From contig JAENZW010000002.1 in the NCBI GenBank assembly GCA_016841065.1, positions 1-57,747 of the forward strand: 57,747 bases of DNA. The letters are read 5' to 3'. The stretch's first letter is position 1. Every line of letters begins with the position of its first letter. Of the stretch, positions 8,043 through 17,221 are shown piece by piece. This DNA comes from Actinomycetota bacterium. Its GTDB lineage: Bacteria > Actinomycetota > Coriobacteriia > Anaerosomatales > JAENZW01. The notes below the pieces were generated by a model. That model was given only the letters and a program-made list of their open reading frames with translations. It had not been told where the DNA came from and ran no database searches. Made by a program: the position numbers and the translations under genes.

Positions 8043-8250
8043 GTGGCCTCCGAGGGGTAGCGTCGAGAACGTCCTATCCTAGCACGGAGTGGGCCGGGAG
8101 ACCGTTTGACTGTGGCATACCTGGCTGGGTATGCTTCGTATCGGTTGCCCCGATACCCCTATGGGCATACCGCTTGCTTTCAACTCACACGAGAACCTGT
8201 TCACAAGCGATGCCGGATATGCTTCTACATGCGAGAGGACACCGAGTCTC

Positions 8251-11200
8251 ATGGCTGCTGTTACCGAAAGAGTCGAAACCCGTCTTCGGGATGTGTTCGG
8301 GGATAGGGTGAGGACCGACCGGGTCGAACGCAAGATGTACTCGTTCGACATCGGCGCGATGCCTTCTCTCGTCAGGCCGTTCGTTCCGGCGGGCATCGCT
8401 GGTGCCGTCGTCCGGCCGAAGAGCGAAGACGAGATCGTCGCACTCATGAACCTTGCCCGGGAGGAGCGTCTCAAGATCGTCCCGAGAAGCTGGGCGACCT
8501 CCGGCTACGGTGGTGTCCTGCCTACTACCGGGGCGGTCGTGGCGGACATGTCGGGGATGCAGAAGATCCTTTCGGCAAATCAGAAGGGAATGACCGTCAC
8601 GGTACAGGCCGCGACGATCTGGGAGCAGATCGAGCGCGAACTCGAGAAGGATGGTCTGGCCCTCAGGTTGTACCCGTCGTCGTCGCCGAGTTCGGGCGCA
8701 GCGGGTTGGCTGGCGCAAGGCGGCGCAGGCTTCGGCTCGTATGAATATGGAACCATCAAGGAGAACGTTGTTTCGGCCCGAGTAGTGCTTCCGAGCGGTG
8801 AAGTGAAGGTCTTTGACGGCAAGGAGCTCCTTGAGCGAGTAGCCGATGCTGAGGGCATAACCGGCATCATCACGGAGCTGACCATCAGGATTCGGAACCT
8901 CGAACCGGAGGTCCATCGCGCAATCTCCTTCGAAGATGCTGGCGCTCTGGCCTCTGCCCTGAAGGCAATCTCTGAAGAGCATCTCCCAATCTGGTCGATC
9001 ACGTTCTTGAACCCCGAGTCCATCCGACTCAAGAAGGAACTGCCGCACCGGCACGGTCATCCATACGAGATGGCGCACGATCACTTCGATCCGGTGCTCC
9101 CTGAGAAGTACATTGCGATGATCGCGTATCCGGAGTCGCGGCGCGACGCGATCGACATGGCTCTCACCGCGATTGCGGCGTCTACCGGTGGCGAGGAACT
9201 CTCCGCCGAAGCGGCCGAGCATGAATGGGAACTGAGGTTCTCGCCCATGCGCCTCAAGCGGATCGGTCCCTCGCTGGTTCCGACGGAAGTCGTCGTGCCG
9301 CTGGCCTCTCTTGCATCCGTGCTGCAGGAGATCGACCGCAAGATCGATCAGCCGTTCATTCTCGAGGGAATGCACGCGAAAGGCGACAAGGTCGTTCTTC
9401 TCGGCTTCGTGCCTCATGACGAGCGAAGTCTCGCGTTCAACCTCGCATTCGCTCTGTCGCTTTCGGTCATCAAGATCGCCAAGCAGAACGGTGGCTCGGC
9501 GTACTCCACCGGTCTCTACTTCCGGCGTGAGGCGGAGTCCGTTCTCGGCAAGGACAAGTTGCGAGCACTGTCCGCCTACAAGGCCGAGGTGGATCCGAAG
9601 GGGTTCATGAACCCCGGCAAGGTACTCGGGTCTGGTGTGATCGACCTGCTGATGGGAACGGCTGGCGCATTGGAGCCGATAGTGCGACCGATTGCGAACG
9701 CCGCGAAGCCGCCGCAGCGTCACGAGGACTTCTCGAAGGAGCGGAATGGTGTTCCGGGGGAAGTTGCATTCATGGCCTACGCCTGTGCGCGGTGCGGCTA
9801 CTGCGTCCCAACATGCGAGCAGTACTCCGGAAGGGGTTGGGAGTCGCATTCGCCGCGCGGCAAGTACGCGTTCCTGCGCGAAGTGATCGAGGGGCGCGAG
9901 GAGTGGAATCGGAAGGCTATAGACACATTCCTCGTGTGCACGACATGCGAGGTGTGCAATACCCGCTGCCAGCTCCAGCTTCCTGTGGAACACAACTGGA
10001 TGGCCATGCGCGGAAAGCTGATCAACGAGGACAAGCGGGGCACGTTCCCGCCCTTTGAGATGATGGCCGCGTCGCTACGCGGTGAACGGGATATCTGGGC
10101 GGGCAAGGCTGAGAATCGCGACGCGTGGGTGCCCGAGGACGTTGCAGAGAAGATCCCGGAGCAGTCGGACATCCTGTACTTCGCGGGCTGCACTGCCAGT
10201 TTCGTCGAGACTGACATCGCAGAGGCGAGCATTCGCCTGCTCCAGGACTCCGGGTATAGCGTCGGATACATGGGCAAGGACGAGGCTTGTTGTGGCATTC
10301 CCATGAAGGTTGCCGGCAAGTGGGACCTGTTCGAGGAGATATTCGAGCACAACACATCTGAGGCCCGAAAGCGGGGTGCCAAGACGATCGTCACCTCGTG
10401 TCCTGCGTGCGGCCTCGTGTGGAAGGAGCTCTACGCGAACATCGCCGCCGAGCGCGGCGAGGAGTACGAGTTCGAGGTGAAGCACTACTCGGAACTCGTG
10501 GCAGACGCGATTGCTGAAGGCAAGCTGGAGCTGAAGGACAGCCCGTTCGACGGCAGTACGGTCACGTTCCACGATTCGTGTCACATGGGTCGGGCTCAGG
10601 GCAACTACGAGCCACCCCGCGACATGCTCAAAGCCATTCCCGGCGTCGACTTCGTCGAGATGGAGCACAATCGCGAGGAGGGTCTGTGCTGCGGCTCCGT
10701 GCTGACGCTCGTCGGCGAGATGCCCGTGGCGCCCGTTCTCGGCAAGGAGCGTCTGCAGGAGGCTGTCGACGCCGGGGCGGATACGGTCGTCGCACTGTGT
10801 CCGTGCTGCCAGGTGCAGCTGAGGGACAGCAACATCAAGAACGACCTGGGGCTCAAGATCGACGACCTCTCGCGCGTAGTGGCTGAGGCTGCCGGCTATG
10901 ACATACCGGAGTCGACAGAGTACTCGATGTACATGTGGAGCTACTTCGAGAAGTTCATCATCCTTCTGGAACCGAAGAACATGGCGACGTTCATGGGCCG
11001 GATCTTCCCGCAGATGATGGATGCGATGCCTTTCGGTATGAAGCCGATGATGAAGTCGATGAAGTACGTTCCGGGCGGGCTCGCCATGATGAACAAGATG
11101 ATGCCGGTGCTGTTCCCGATGCTTGCGCCGGGTGTTCTCGGGAAGGTCATGCCGGATATGGTTCGCGAGGTTGAGGACTACATCGGCGAGATGCCCGCAG

Positions 11201-11325
11201 ACATGCAGGATCTGATGCCAGACCTTCTGCCGAAGACGATGGAGTCGCTTATGCCCACGTACCTTCCGCAGCTGATCCCGCACCTCACACCGCTTATGAT
11301 CGACTACATCAGAACCGAGATGTAG
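8251..11325 (+). CDS. fusion oxidoreductase: FAD-linked oxidase (GlcD/Dld-like) + 2x[4Fe-4S] + two CCG cysteine-rich domains + Met-rich C-terminal tail; candidate D-lactate/2-hydroxyacid dehydrogenase
   Basis: FAD_binding_4-like VVRPKSEDEIVALMNLA...IVPRSWATSGYGG. CARCGYCVPTCEQY and CTTCEVCNTRCQ ferredoxin motifs. CCG motifs (FAGCTASF, CCGIPM, FHDSCHMGR, LCCGS). Start trimmed to ATG 8251 (MAAVTERVE). Confidence 0.8.
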   Translation: MAAVTERVETRLRDVFGDRVRTDRVERKMYSFDIGAMPSLVRPFVPAGIAGAVVRPKSEDEIVALMNLAREERLKIVPRSWATSGYGGVLPTTGAVVADMSGMQKILSANQKGMTVTVQAATIWEQIERELEKDGLALRLYPSSSPSSGAAGWLAQGGAGFGSYEYGTIKENVVSARVVLPSGEVKVFDGKELLERVADAEGITGIITELTIRIRNLEPEVHRAISFEDAGALASALKAISEEHLPIWSITFLNPESIRLKKELPHRHGHPYEMAHDHFDPVLPEKYIAMIAYPESRRDAIDMALTAIAASTGGEELSAEAAEHEWELRFSPMRLKRIGPSLVPTEVVVPLASLASVLQEIDRKIDQPFILEGMHAKGDKVVLLGFVPHDERSLAFNLAFALSLSVIKIAKQNGGSAYSTGLYFRREAESVLGKDKLRALSAYKAEVDPKGFMNPGKVLGSGVIDLLMGTAGALEPIVRPIANAAKPPQRHEDFSKERNGVPGEVAFMAYACARCGYCVPTCEQYSGRGWESHSPRGKYAFLREVIEGREEWNRKAIDTFLVCTTCEVCNTRCQLQLPVEHNWMAMRGKLINEDKRGTFPPFEMMAASLRGERDIWAGKAENRDAWVPEDVAEKIPEQSDILYFAGCTASFVETDIAEASIRLLQDSGYSVGYMGKDEACCGIPMKVAGKWDLFEEIFEHNTSEARKRGAKTIVTSCPACGLVWKELYANIAAERGEEYEFEVKHYSELVADAIAEGKLELKDSPFDGSTVTFHDSCHMGRAQGNYEPPRDMLKAIPGVDFVEMEHNREEGLCCGSVLTLVGEMPVAPVLGKERLQEAVDAGADTVVALCPCCQVQLRDSNIKNDLGLKIDDLSRVVAEAAGYDIPESTEYSMYMWSYFEKFIILLEPKNMATFMGRIFPQMMDAMPFGMKPMMKSMKYVPGGLAMMNKMMPVLFPMLAPGVLGKVMPDMVREVEDYIGEMPADMQDLMPDLLPKTMESLMPTYLPQLIPHLTPLMIDYIRTEM

Positions 11326-11359
11326 GGTCGGATAGACGCTTCACAAACTGAGAACGCCA

Positions 11360-11396
11360 GAGGCGGCAGAGTCAATCTGCCGCCTCTTCCTTCTGT
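11360..11396 (+). terminator. intrinsic terminator
   Basis: GAGGCGGCAGA-GUCAA-UCUGCCGCCUC (perfect 11 bp) followed by UUCCUUCUGU, 35 nt after the stop at 11325. Confidence 0.8.
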
Positions 11397-11513
11397 ATGG
11401 TGAAGGCGATTGCGGAAGGTCTGCCCTGGGAATGTGACTGCGGGCGCTGGACTGTGACGATCCAAGCGCAAGTGTGTGTCAAGTCACAGTGTGGAGGGGC
11501 CGATATCACAGAC

Positions 11514-12212
11514 ATGAGAACGAACACTTCAAGAGAACAGTCCGTTGCGAAACTCCGCGCCATTCCGATGTTCGCCGATCTCGGCGCGGAGGACATCGAA
11601 ACGTTCGCGGATATGGTGCAATACCGCACATACCCGAAGAACGCGTTCATCGTGAATCAGAACGAGGCCGGTTCGGCCATGTACCTGCTGGTGTCCGGCC
11701 GCGTCAAGGTCTCGCTTGCGTCGCCTGACGGTAAGGAACTGGCGTTGAACTACTTGGAGGCGCCGGCGCATTTCGGAGAGATGAGTCTGGTCGATGCAGA
11801 GCCACGTTCCGCTGACGTCATCGCAGTGACGGACGTCGAGTTGTTCGCGCTGGACGCCAAGGATCTCTCTTCGGCCATCCAGATCAATCCGCGACTGGCG
11901 CTGTCGCTGATAGCGACTCTCTCGCGTAGGCTGCGACACACCATTGCGCGCCTCGAAGACATGGCGTTCCATGACGCGACCCATCGCGTTATGCGGGTCG
12001 TGCTGAATGTGGCGACCGCGAGCTACGAAACACGTGGCGTTCCGGTCATCCAGGGACTCACGCACTACGACATGGCGACCCTCGCAGGCACGTCACGGGA
12101 GACGGCGAGCAGGATTATCTCGAACCTCGCCAAGGAGGGCGTGCTTGCCACCAAGGGTCGCAAGATAGTCGTAGATCTCATCAAGCTGCGGGAGCGTCTC
12201 GAGGGTCAGTAG
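11514..12212 (+). CDS. Crp/Fnr family transcriptional regulator
   Basis: cNMP-binding-type domain (LRAIPMFADLGAEDIETF..., FGEMSLVD) plus C-terminal HTH (THYDMATLAGTSRETASRIISNL). Start at ATG 11514, downstream of GTGGAGGGG. Confidence 0.85.
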   Translation: MRTNTSREQSVAKLRAIPMFADLGAEDIETFADMVQYRTYPKNAFIVNQNEAGSAMYLLVSGRVKVSLASPDGKELALNYLEAPAHFGEMSLVDAEPRSADVIAVTDVELFALDAKDLSSAIQINPRLALSLIATLSRRLRHTIARLEDMAFHDATHRVMRVVLNVATASYETRGVPVIQGLTHYDMATLAGTSRETASRIISNLAKEGVLATKGRKIVVDLIKLRERLEGQ

Positions 12213-12571
12213 GATCTCACCAGTGACGCTCCGCCACGTCTGTCTTTCCATCACGGACACTGTTGTTGTCGTACATCGCTTCTTCATCAACGACGTTGAC
12301 GATGGATCTGGACGGCGAGTCAACCGATCTGGCGGTCGACTACGAGGATGTGATCCTGTCGAAGGAGGCTCAGTCCCTCGTTCCGCTTGCGGTCCGGGAA
12401 TCCCCACGACTGCAACCGTGCGGGCGACTCGATTGCCTGGCAGGCTGCGCAGACGTCGCCGCGACGGGTGATGAGGACCAGACATTCGGTTTAGGGCCAG
12501 CGGTTTCGCGCGCGCTTTCCGGGGGGAAATATCGAGTGTTCCTATGCCCATCACACCTGCTGGAGGCGCGC

Positions 12572-12799
12572 ATGAAGGACTTCACTGCCGAGGATCTGGC
12601 TACCTTTGACGGCAAGAGCGGGAAGCCCGCGTACGTTGCGTACAAGGGTGTTGTCTACGACGTGACAGAGAGCGCCATGTGGGGAGACGGCGATCACGAG
12701 GGCGTCCACGCGGCGGGACGAGATCTGACGAGTGATCATGATGACGCGCCGCACGACGTCTATGTGACCGACTTCCCGGAAGTCGGGCGACTCGTCTAG
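12572..12799 (+). CDS. cytochrome b5-like heme/steroid-binding domain protein
   Basis: MKDFTAEDLATFDGKSGKPAYVAYKGVVYDVTES..W.DGDHEGVHAAGRDLT is typical of small bacterial cyt-b5-like proteins. ATG 12572 is preceded by CTGGAGG. Confidence 0.7.
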   Translation: MKDFTAEDLATFDGKSGKPAYVAYKGVVYDVTESAMWGDGDHEGVHAAGRDLTSDHDDAPHDVYVTDFPEVGRLV

Positions 12800-12810
12800 G
12801 GCGCGACATG

Positions 12811-14109
12811 CTAGGCCTTCTCGAAGATTGCGACCGTCTCGATGTGATACGTCTGCGGAAAGAGGTCGACCGGTTGGGCTCGCACTAGCGAATAGCCGGC
12901 CTCCAGGAGCGCCGAAGCGTCCCGCGCGAGTGTCGTTGGGTCGCATGACACGTACGCGATCTTCGAGGGCCGTGCCGCGACAACTGAGACGAGCGCCTGG
13001 TCTCCGAGGCCAGCTCGCGGCGGGTCCACGACTACGAGATCCATCCGACCGAGATCGCCGATAATCCTGCCGGCGTCTCCGGGGTGGATCTCAACGAAGC
13101 CATCGACACCCTCGAGGTTCCGTTCGAGGTCGCCGAGAGCGTATTTGGATGACTCGATCGCCGCGACCTCGCCAGCGCGCTGGGCGAGGGGAACGGTGAA
13201 CGTGCCGACGCCTGCATAGGCGTCAAGGACCCTGTCCGTGCCGTCACAGGCGATCGACTCGATGACGTTCGATACGAGGTGCTCGGCCGCCTTGGTGTTT
13301 ACCTGGAAGAACGACGGTGCGGACACCGCCATCCTGTGCTCCCCGAGCCGCTCGGACCAAACCGGTTTGCCCGCGAGGATTTCCACCTTGACGATCTTCC
13401 GGACGGCCTCGTCCTTCTTCGACAGAACGCGAACGACGCTGTCAGCACCTGTCGCATCGATAATGGTCTTCGCGGCGGCATGGCGTGGGAAGGCACCCGG
13501 AGGGGTCCAGATCGCAATCTGAAGGCTGTTCGTTCGTGCCGCAGCGCGAATAGTGACGCGGCTGATCTCGAGATCAGAGGATCCCGAGAGGTAGCGCAGG
13601 GCTCCTTGCAGCGACCTCGGGAGCGCACGAACCTTCTTCGGCAGGAGCATACATTCTGCTATGGCGATGACGTCGGACGAACCGGCGCGAGCGAAGCCGA
13701 GCACCAAGCGACCGTGGTCGCTGGCGGCATGCAGCTCTATCTTGTTGCGGTAGCCATAGTCGGCGTCCGATGCTATGCAGTCGAGCACCACCGGGTTGCC
13801 GATCGAACCGATTCTGGCCAGCGCGTCGCGAACAGCGTTCGTCTTCGCTTCGCGCTGCGCCTGGGTAGCGACATGCTGCCACTGGCACCCTCCACAGACG
13901 CCGAAGTAGGGGCACGGCGGCTGAACGCGGTCTGGAGACGGTTCTAGAATCTCACCGAGGGTTGCGCGGAGGTAACGGGATTGCTCGGAGATGACTGTCG
14001 CCTCAACAACGTCTCCGGGGCACGTCGCGGGTATGAATACCACGCGACCGTCGGGCGAGTGGGCCACACCATCGCCGCCGTATGCGATGCTTTCGATGTG
14101 GAGTCGCAC
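12811..14109 (-). CDS. 23S rRNA (uracil-C5)-methyltransferase, RlmD/RumA family
   Basis: N-terminal TRAM-like domain. Fe-S motif CPYFGVCGGCQWQH. SAM-methyltransferase core (VLDAYAGVGTFTV) and catalytic C-terminal region (YVSCDPTTLARD). Confidence 0.8.
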   Translation of the reverse strand: MRLHIESIAYGGDGVAHSPDGRVVFIPATCPGDVVEATVISEQSRYLRATLGEILEPSPDRVQPPCPYFGVCGGCQWQHVATQAQREAKTNAVRDALARIGSIGNPVVLDCIASDADYGYRNKIELHAASDHGRLVLGFARAGSSDVIAIAECMLLPKKVRALPRSLQGALRYLSGSSDLEISRVTIRAAARTNSLQIAIWTPPGAFPRHAAAKTIIDATGADSVVRVLSKKDEAVRKIVKVEILAGKPVWSERLGEHRMAVSAPSFFQVNTKAAEHLVSNVIESIACDGTDRVLDAYAGVGTFTVPLAQRAGEVAAIESSKYALGDLERNLEGVDGFVEIHPGDAGRIIGDLGRMDLVVVDPPRAGLGDQALVSVVAARPSKIAYVSCDPTTLARDASALLEAGYSLVRAQPVDLFPQTYHIETVAIFEKA

Positions 14110-14302
14110 GAGGTGCCTTTCGATAGGAGTGCCTACGGTGGGCGACAGCGCCTATACTACCCTGTGACGGTGCATGCACGAGGACGGGGCCCTTCAGCCA
14201 CCGGTCCAGGGTGCCGATACCAGCATCGTGCAGGGGTTTCGCGGCTCTCGCAACGTTTGCGTGGAAATCATCTGGTGGAGTCTCGCGAGGAGGGACCAGC
14301 CT

Positions 14303-16006
14303 GTGGCTGAGAAGAAGGTGCTGATAGTCCACGAGGACGCTGACCTCATGGAGAGGGTTCGTTCGGGGTTGTCATCGTCTGGATCGGACATCGAGGTCAT
14401 TAGTGCGCTATCAGGTCCGCGGGCCATAGGCATGGTTGGCGCCCAGAGACCGGACATCATTGTCGTCGACGGTGAGCTAGAGGGCATGGATGGCTATGCT
14501 CTGACGCAGCAGATCAAGTCCGACCCTGCTGCAGCGGACATTCCGATTATCATCCTGTCGCTCCAGCCGAACGAGATGACAGCGCTGCGTGCGCGCCAGG
14601 CTGGTGCTGCGGCTCATCTTCCGGCTGCCGGACCTCCAGCCCAGCTAGTCGAGAAGATCCTCTCGTTGGTGAATGTCGAGGCTTCTCCGGCAGCGACGGG
14701 ACCCGCGGTTGCGGGTGACTACGGAACGCCGCAAGAAGTCCGCGCATCTGTCGGGGCCGCAGAGACTCCCCAGGCGCCCGAGGCGTCCACTCCTGCGCCC
14801 GATTCGTCGTATGGAGTGATGCAGCCGGTTCCAGATACTCGGCCGCCTGCAACCCCAACACAGACGGCCGCTCCCCACGAGCCTGTCGGACCGACTGCCG
14901 AAGGGCGTATCGGATCGGACGCGCCGAAGACGGGGGAGTTCCCGCACATCGACGACCTGCTTCGGCTTATGCTCGACCGCGGCGGTTCGGACCTGCACAT
15001 CACCGTTGGAAGCGCTCCGGGAATCCGTCAGCGCGGCGAGATCATTCCTATTGAGAATCTTCGGCCGTTGATGCCTCGCGACACGCAGGAGATGATTCTG
15101 AACCTCCTGTCCGAGGAACAGCGCAAGCGCTTCGAGACAGAGCTGGAACTGGACTTCGCGTACAGCATTCCCGGGGTATCCAGATTCCGCGCGAACGTGT
15201 TCCAGCAGCGCAACTCAATGGGCGCTGTCTTCCGCGTTATTCCAATCAAGATTCCGACGATCGAGGAACTTGCCCTGCCGAAGGTCTGCCGCTACCTCGC
15301 GGACAGGCCGCGTGGTCTCGTTCTCGTGACGGGTCCGACCGGGTCGGGAAAGTCGACGACACTAGCCGCGATGGTGGACCACATCAACGAGGCGCGAGCG
15401 TGTCACATCATCACTCTCGAGGACCCCATCGAGTTCATGCACAAGAACAAGAAGGCCTACGTGAACCAGCGCGAGATCGGGGAGGACACGCACTCGTTCG
15501 CTTCCGCACTCAGGCGCGTCCTGCGTCAGGACCCCGACGTGATATTGGTGGGCGAGCTGCGTGACCTGGAGACGATCTCGGCGGCGATCACTGCGGCCGA
15601 GACCGGGCATCTGGTGCTGGCGACTCTGCACACTACCGGCGGTCCGGCTACTGTCGATCGCGTCATCGATGTGTTTCCCCCGCATCAGCAGCAGCAGGTC
15701 CGAATGCAACTCTCGACGACGCTCGAGGGTGTGCTCTCCCAGGTGCTCATGCGTACCACCGACGGGCGCAGTCGGATTCTGGCCATGGAGATCATGCTCG
15801 GTATACCGGCGATTCAGAACCTGATTCGCGAGGGCAAGACTCACCAGATGGCTACGATCATCCAGGGCGGCGCCTCGCTGGGGATGCAGACACTCGACCA
15901 GCACCTCAAGGCGCTGCTGCAGGCGGGCAAGATCACGTTCGAAGAGGCGATCGGCAAGGCGATGAACCCGCGCGAACTCGCGCAGATGGTGGGACGCAAG
16001 ATCTAG
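14303..16006 (+). CDS. response-regulator receiver domain fused to a PilT-type (type IV pilus retraction family) hexameric ATPase
   Basis: REC: KKVLIVHEDADL...PDIIVVDGELEGMDGY. About 110 aa Pro/Ala/Thr-rich linker. PilT core: GPTGSGKSTT Walker A, ILVGELRD, TGHLVLATLHT. Start at GTG 14303, 8 nt after GAGGAGGG. Confidence 0.8.
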   Translation: MAEKKVLIVHEDADLMERVRSGLSSSGSDIEVISALSGPRAIGMVGAQRPDIIVVDGELEGMDGYALTQQIKSDPAAADIPIIILSLQPNEMTALRARQAGAAAHLPAAGPPAQLVEKILSLVNVEASPAATGPAVAGDYGTPQEVRASVGAAETPQAPEASTPAPDSSYGVMQPVPDTRPPATPTQTAAPHEPVGPTAEGRIGSDAPKTGEFPHIDDLLRLMLDRGGSDLHITVGSAPGIRQRGEIIPIENLRPLMPRDTQEMILNLLSEEQRKRFETELELDFAYSIPGVSRFRANVFQQRNSMGAVFRVIPIKIPTIEELALPKVCRYLADRPRGLVLVTGPTGSGKSTTLAAMVDHINEARACHIITLEDPIEFMHKNKKAYVNQREIGEDTHSFASALRRVLRQDPDVILVGELRDLETISAAITAAETGHLVLATLHTTGGPATVDRVIDVFPPHQQQQVRMQLSTTLEGVLSQVLMRTTDGRSRILAMEIMLGIPAIQNLIREGKTHQMATIIQGGASLGMQTLDQHLKALLQAGKITFEEAIGKAMNPRELAQMVGRKI

Positions 16007-16054
16007 AGTCCGGGTAGAAACCTTCTAACCGTCATCAATCCTCGGAGGGCGCCG

Positions 16055-16495
16055 ATGGATACCGTCAACGTGCGCTGGGCTGGCAATCGCCAGTTCGTCG
16101 GTTGGGACGAGACCGGGCACGGTCTTGTGATGGATTCGAAGCCGGAGTACAAGGGCGAAGGTACGGGCACACGCCCGCTGGAACTCGTGCTCTATGCTCT
16201 CGCGGGATGTACCGCGATGGATGTCGTCTCGATTCTGGAGAAGAAGCGCCAGGATGTCGCGGGTCTCGAGATCCGCGTCGAGGCGCAGCAAAGAGAAGAC
16301 GACTATCCGAAGATCTACACGAGGATCAACCTTCACTATGTGGTCACCGGACGCGGCATCACGGACGCAGCCGTGTCGCGGTCTATCGAGCTGTCCGAAG
16401 AGAAGTACTGCTCCGTCCGGGGGATGCTCGGGCCTCAGGTGGAGGTTTCTACCTCCTTCGAGGTGCTGGAGTCGAGTTCGCCGGGAGCAGACTGA
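16055..16495 (+). CDS. OsmC/Ohr family protein (thiol peroxidase-like)
   Basis: 146 aa. RPLELVLYALAGCTAMDVVSILEKKR and C-terminal EKYCSV contain the two conserved Cys regions. Confidence 0.75.
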   Translation: MDTVNVRWAGNRQFVGWDETGHGLVMDSKPEYKGEGTGTRPLELVLYALAGCTAMDVVSILEKKRQDVAGLEIRVEAQQREDDYPKIYTRINLHYVVTGRGITDAAVSRSIELSEEKYCSVRGMLGPQVEVSTSFEVLESSSPGAD

Positions 16496-16498
16496 CGC

Positions 16499-17221
16499 AT
16501 GTCAGGGGCACAGCGTTGCGCCGGCGATCTCGTCCTCATGCCTGTCTTCAACGAGGCATCGAGTGTGGCGGGAGTACTTGATGCGGTCAGGCGTCACTAC
16601 GACGGGGAGATCCTCGTGGTCAACGACGGTTCCACCGACGAAACGACCGCGGTGCTCGCAGCTCGCGACGACGTGAACGTCATCGCGCACCCCACGAACC
16701 TGGGATATGGCCGCGCCCTCAGCGAGGGCGTCGCCGTCGCCCGATGCAGGGGCGTGGCGCGTGTGGTGACCATGGACTGCGATGGTCAACATGAGCCCGC
16801 GCACATCCCGCAGTTCCTGAAGGTGCTGGATGAAGGATGGGACATCGTCTCAGGCAGCCGATACCTGCCGGAGAGCCGGCAGTTGGGAGAGCCGCCCAAG
16901 AGCCGTCCGGAAGTGAACGCCAGTATCACCGCGGAGATCAACCGCGTGACCGGCTGGGAGCTGACGGATGCATTCTGCGGCTTCAAGGCGTATCGACTCG
17001 CGTCGCTCGATGGCATGCGATTGGATGAGCCGGGGTATGCGATGCCCCTGCAACTCTGGGCATATGCATGGCGCAGGGAACTGCGGGTGACGGAGATCCC
17101 GGTCGAGCGAATCTACTTCGAGCACGACCGGTCCTTCGGCGAGGACCTCGACGACCCCGAGCGGCGCCACGCATACTACATGCAAGTGTGGAAGTCGGCG
17201 CTCGAGGAGACCGAATGGTAG
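16499..17221 (+). CDS. family 2 glycosyltransferase (Dpm1/polyprenyl-phosphate glycosyltransferase-like)
   Basis: LVLMPVFNEASSV...ILVVNDGSTDET...VVTMDCDGQH (DxD-type) motifs. Confidence 0.75.
   Translation: MSGAQRCAGDLVLMPVFNEASSVAGVLDAVRRHYDGEILVVNDGSTDETTAVLAARDDVNVIAHPTNLGYGRALSEGVAVARCRGVARVVTMDCDGQHEPAHIPQFLKVLDEGWDIVSGSRYLPESRQLGEPPKSRPEVNASITAEINRVTGWELTDAFCGFKAYRLASLDGMRLDEPGYAMPLQLWAYAWRRELRVTEIPVERIYFEHDRSFGEDLDDPERRHAYYMQVWKSALEETEW

Noticed and set aside
8043-8250. Short inverted repeat GCATACC-N6-GGTATGC and repeated TATGCTTC words in the divergent HAD/oxidoreductase promoter region.
   Set aside because: The matches are short and imperfect, with no recognisable regulator consensus. 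They cannot be distinguished from chance by eye.
8185-9993. 602-aa ORF on the minus strand, antisense to the FAD/Fe-S oxidoreductase. A similar 402-aa ORF lies at 10075-11283.
   Set aside because: These are typical high-GC shadow ORFs. They are Arg/His/Leu-rich with no recognisable motifs, and they are fully embedded opposite a gene with clear FAD, Fe-S and CCG motifs.
12093-12554. 153-aa minus-strand ORF overlapping the 3' end of the Crp gene and the cyt-b5 leader.
   Set aside because: The translation is Arg/Pro/Ser-rich, it overlaps a bona fide gene, and it has no motifs.
14174-14302. N-terminal extensions offered by the ORF track for several genes: PilT fusion 14174, hydG 27448, PIG-L 17068, DUF2344 45563, Crp 11397, mreB 37361, rnfD 31823, PlsY 20702, small subunit 6225, protease 880.
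   Set aside because: The extensions overlap the preceding gene in another frame or translate to Arg/Pro-rich junk. Internal ATG/GTG starts have SD sequences or 1-4-nt stop-start overlaps, and they align with the conserved N-termini of the families.
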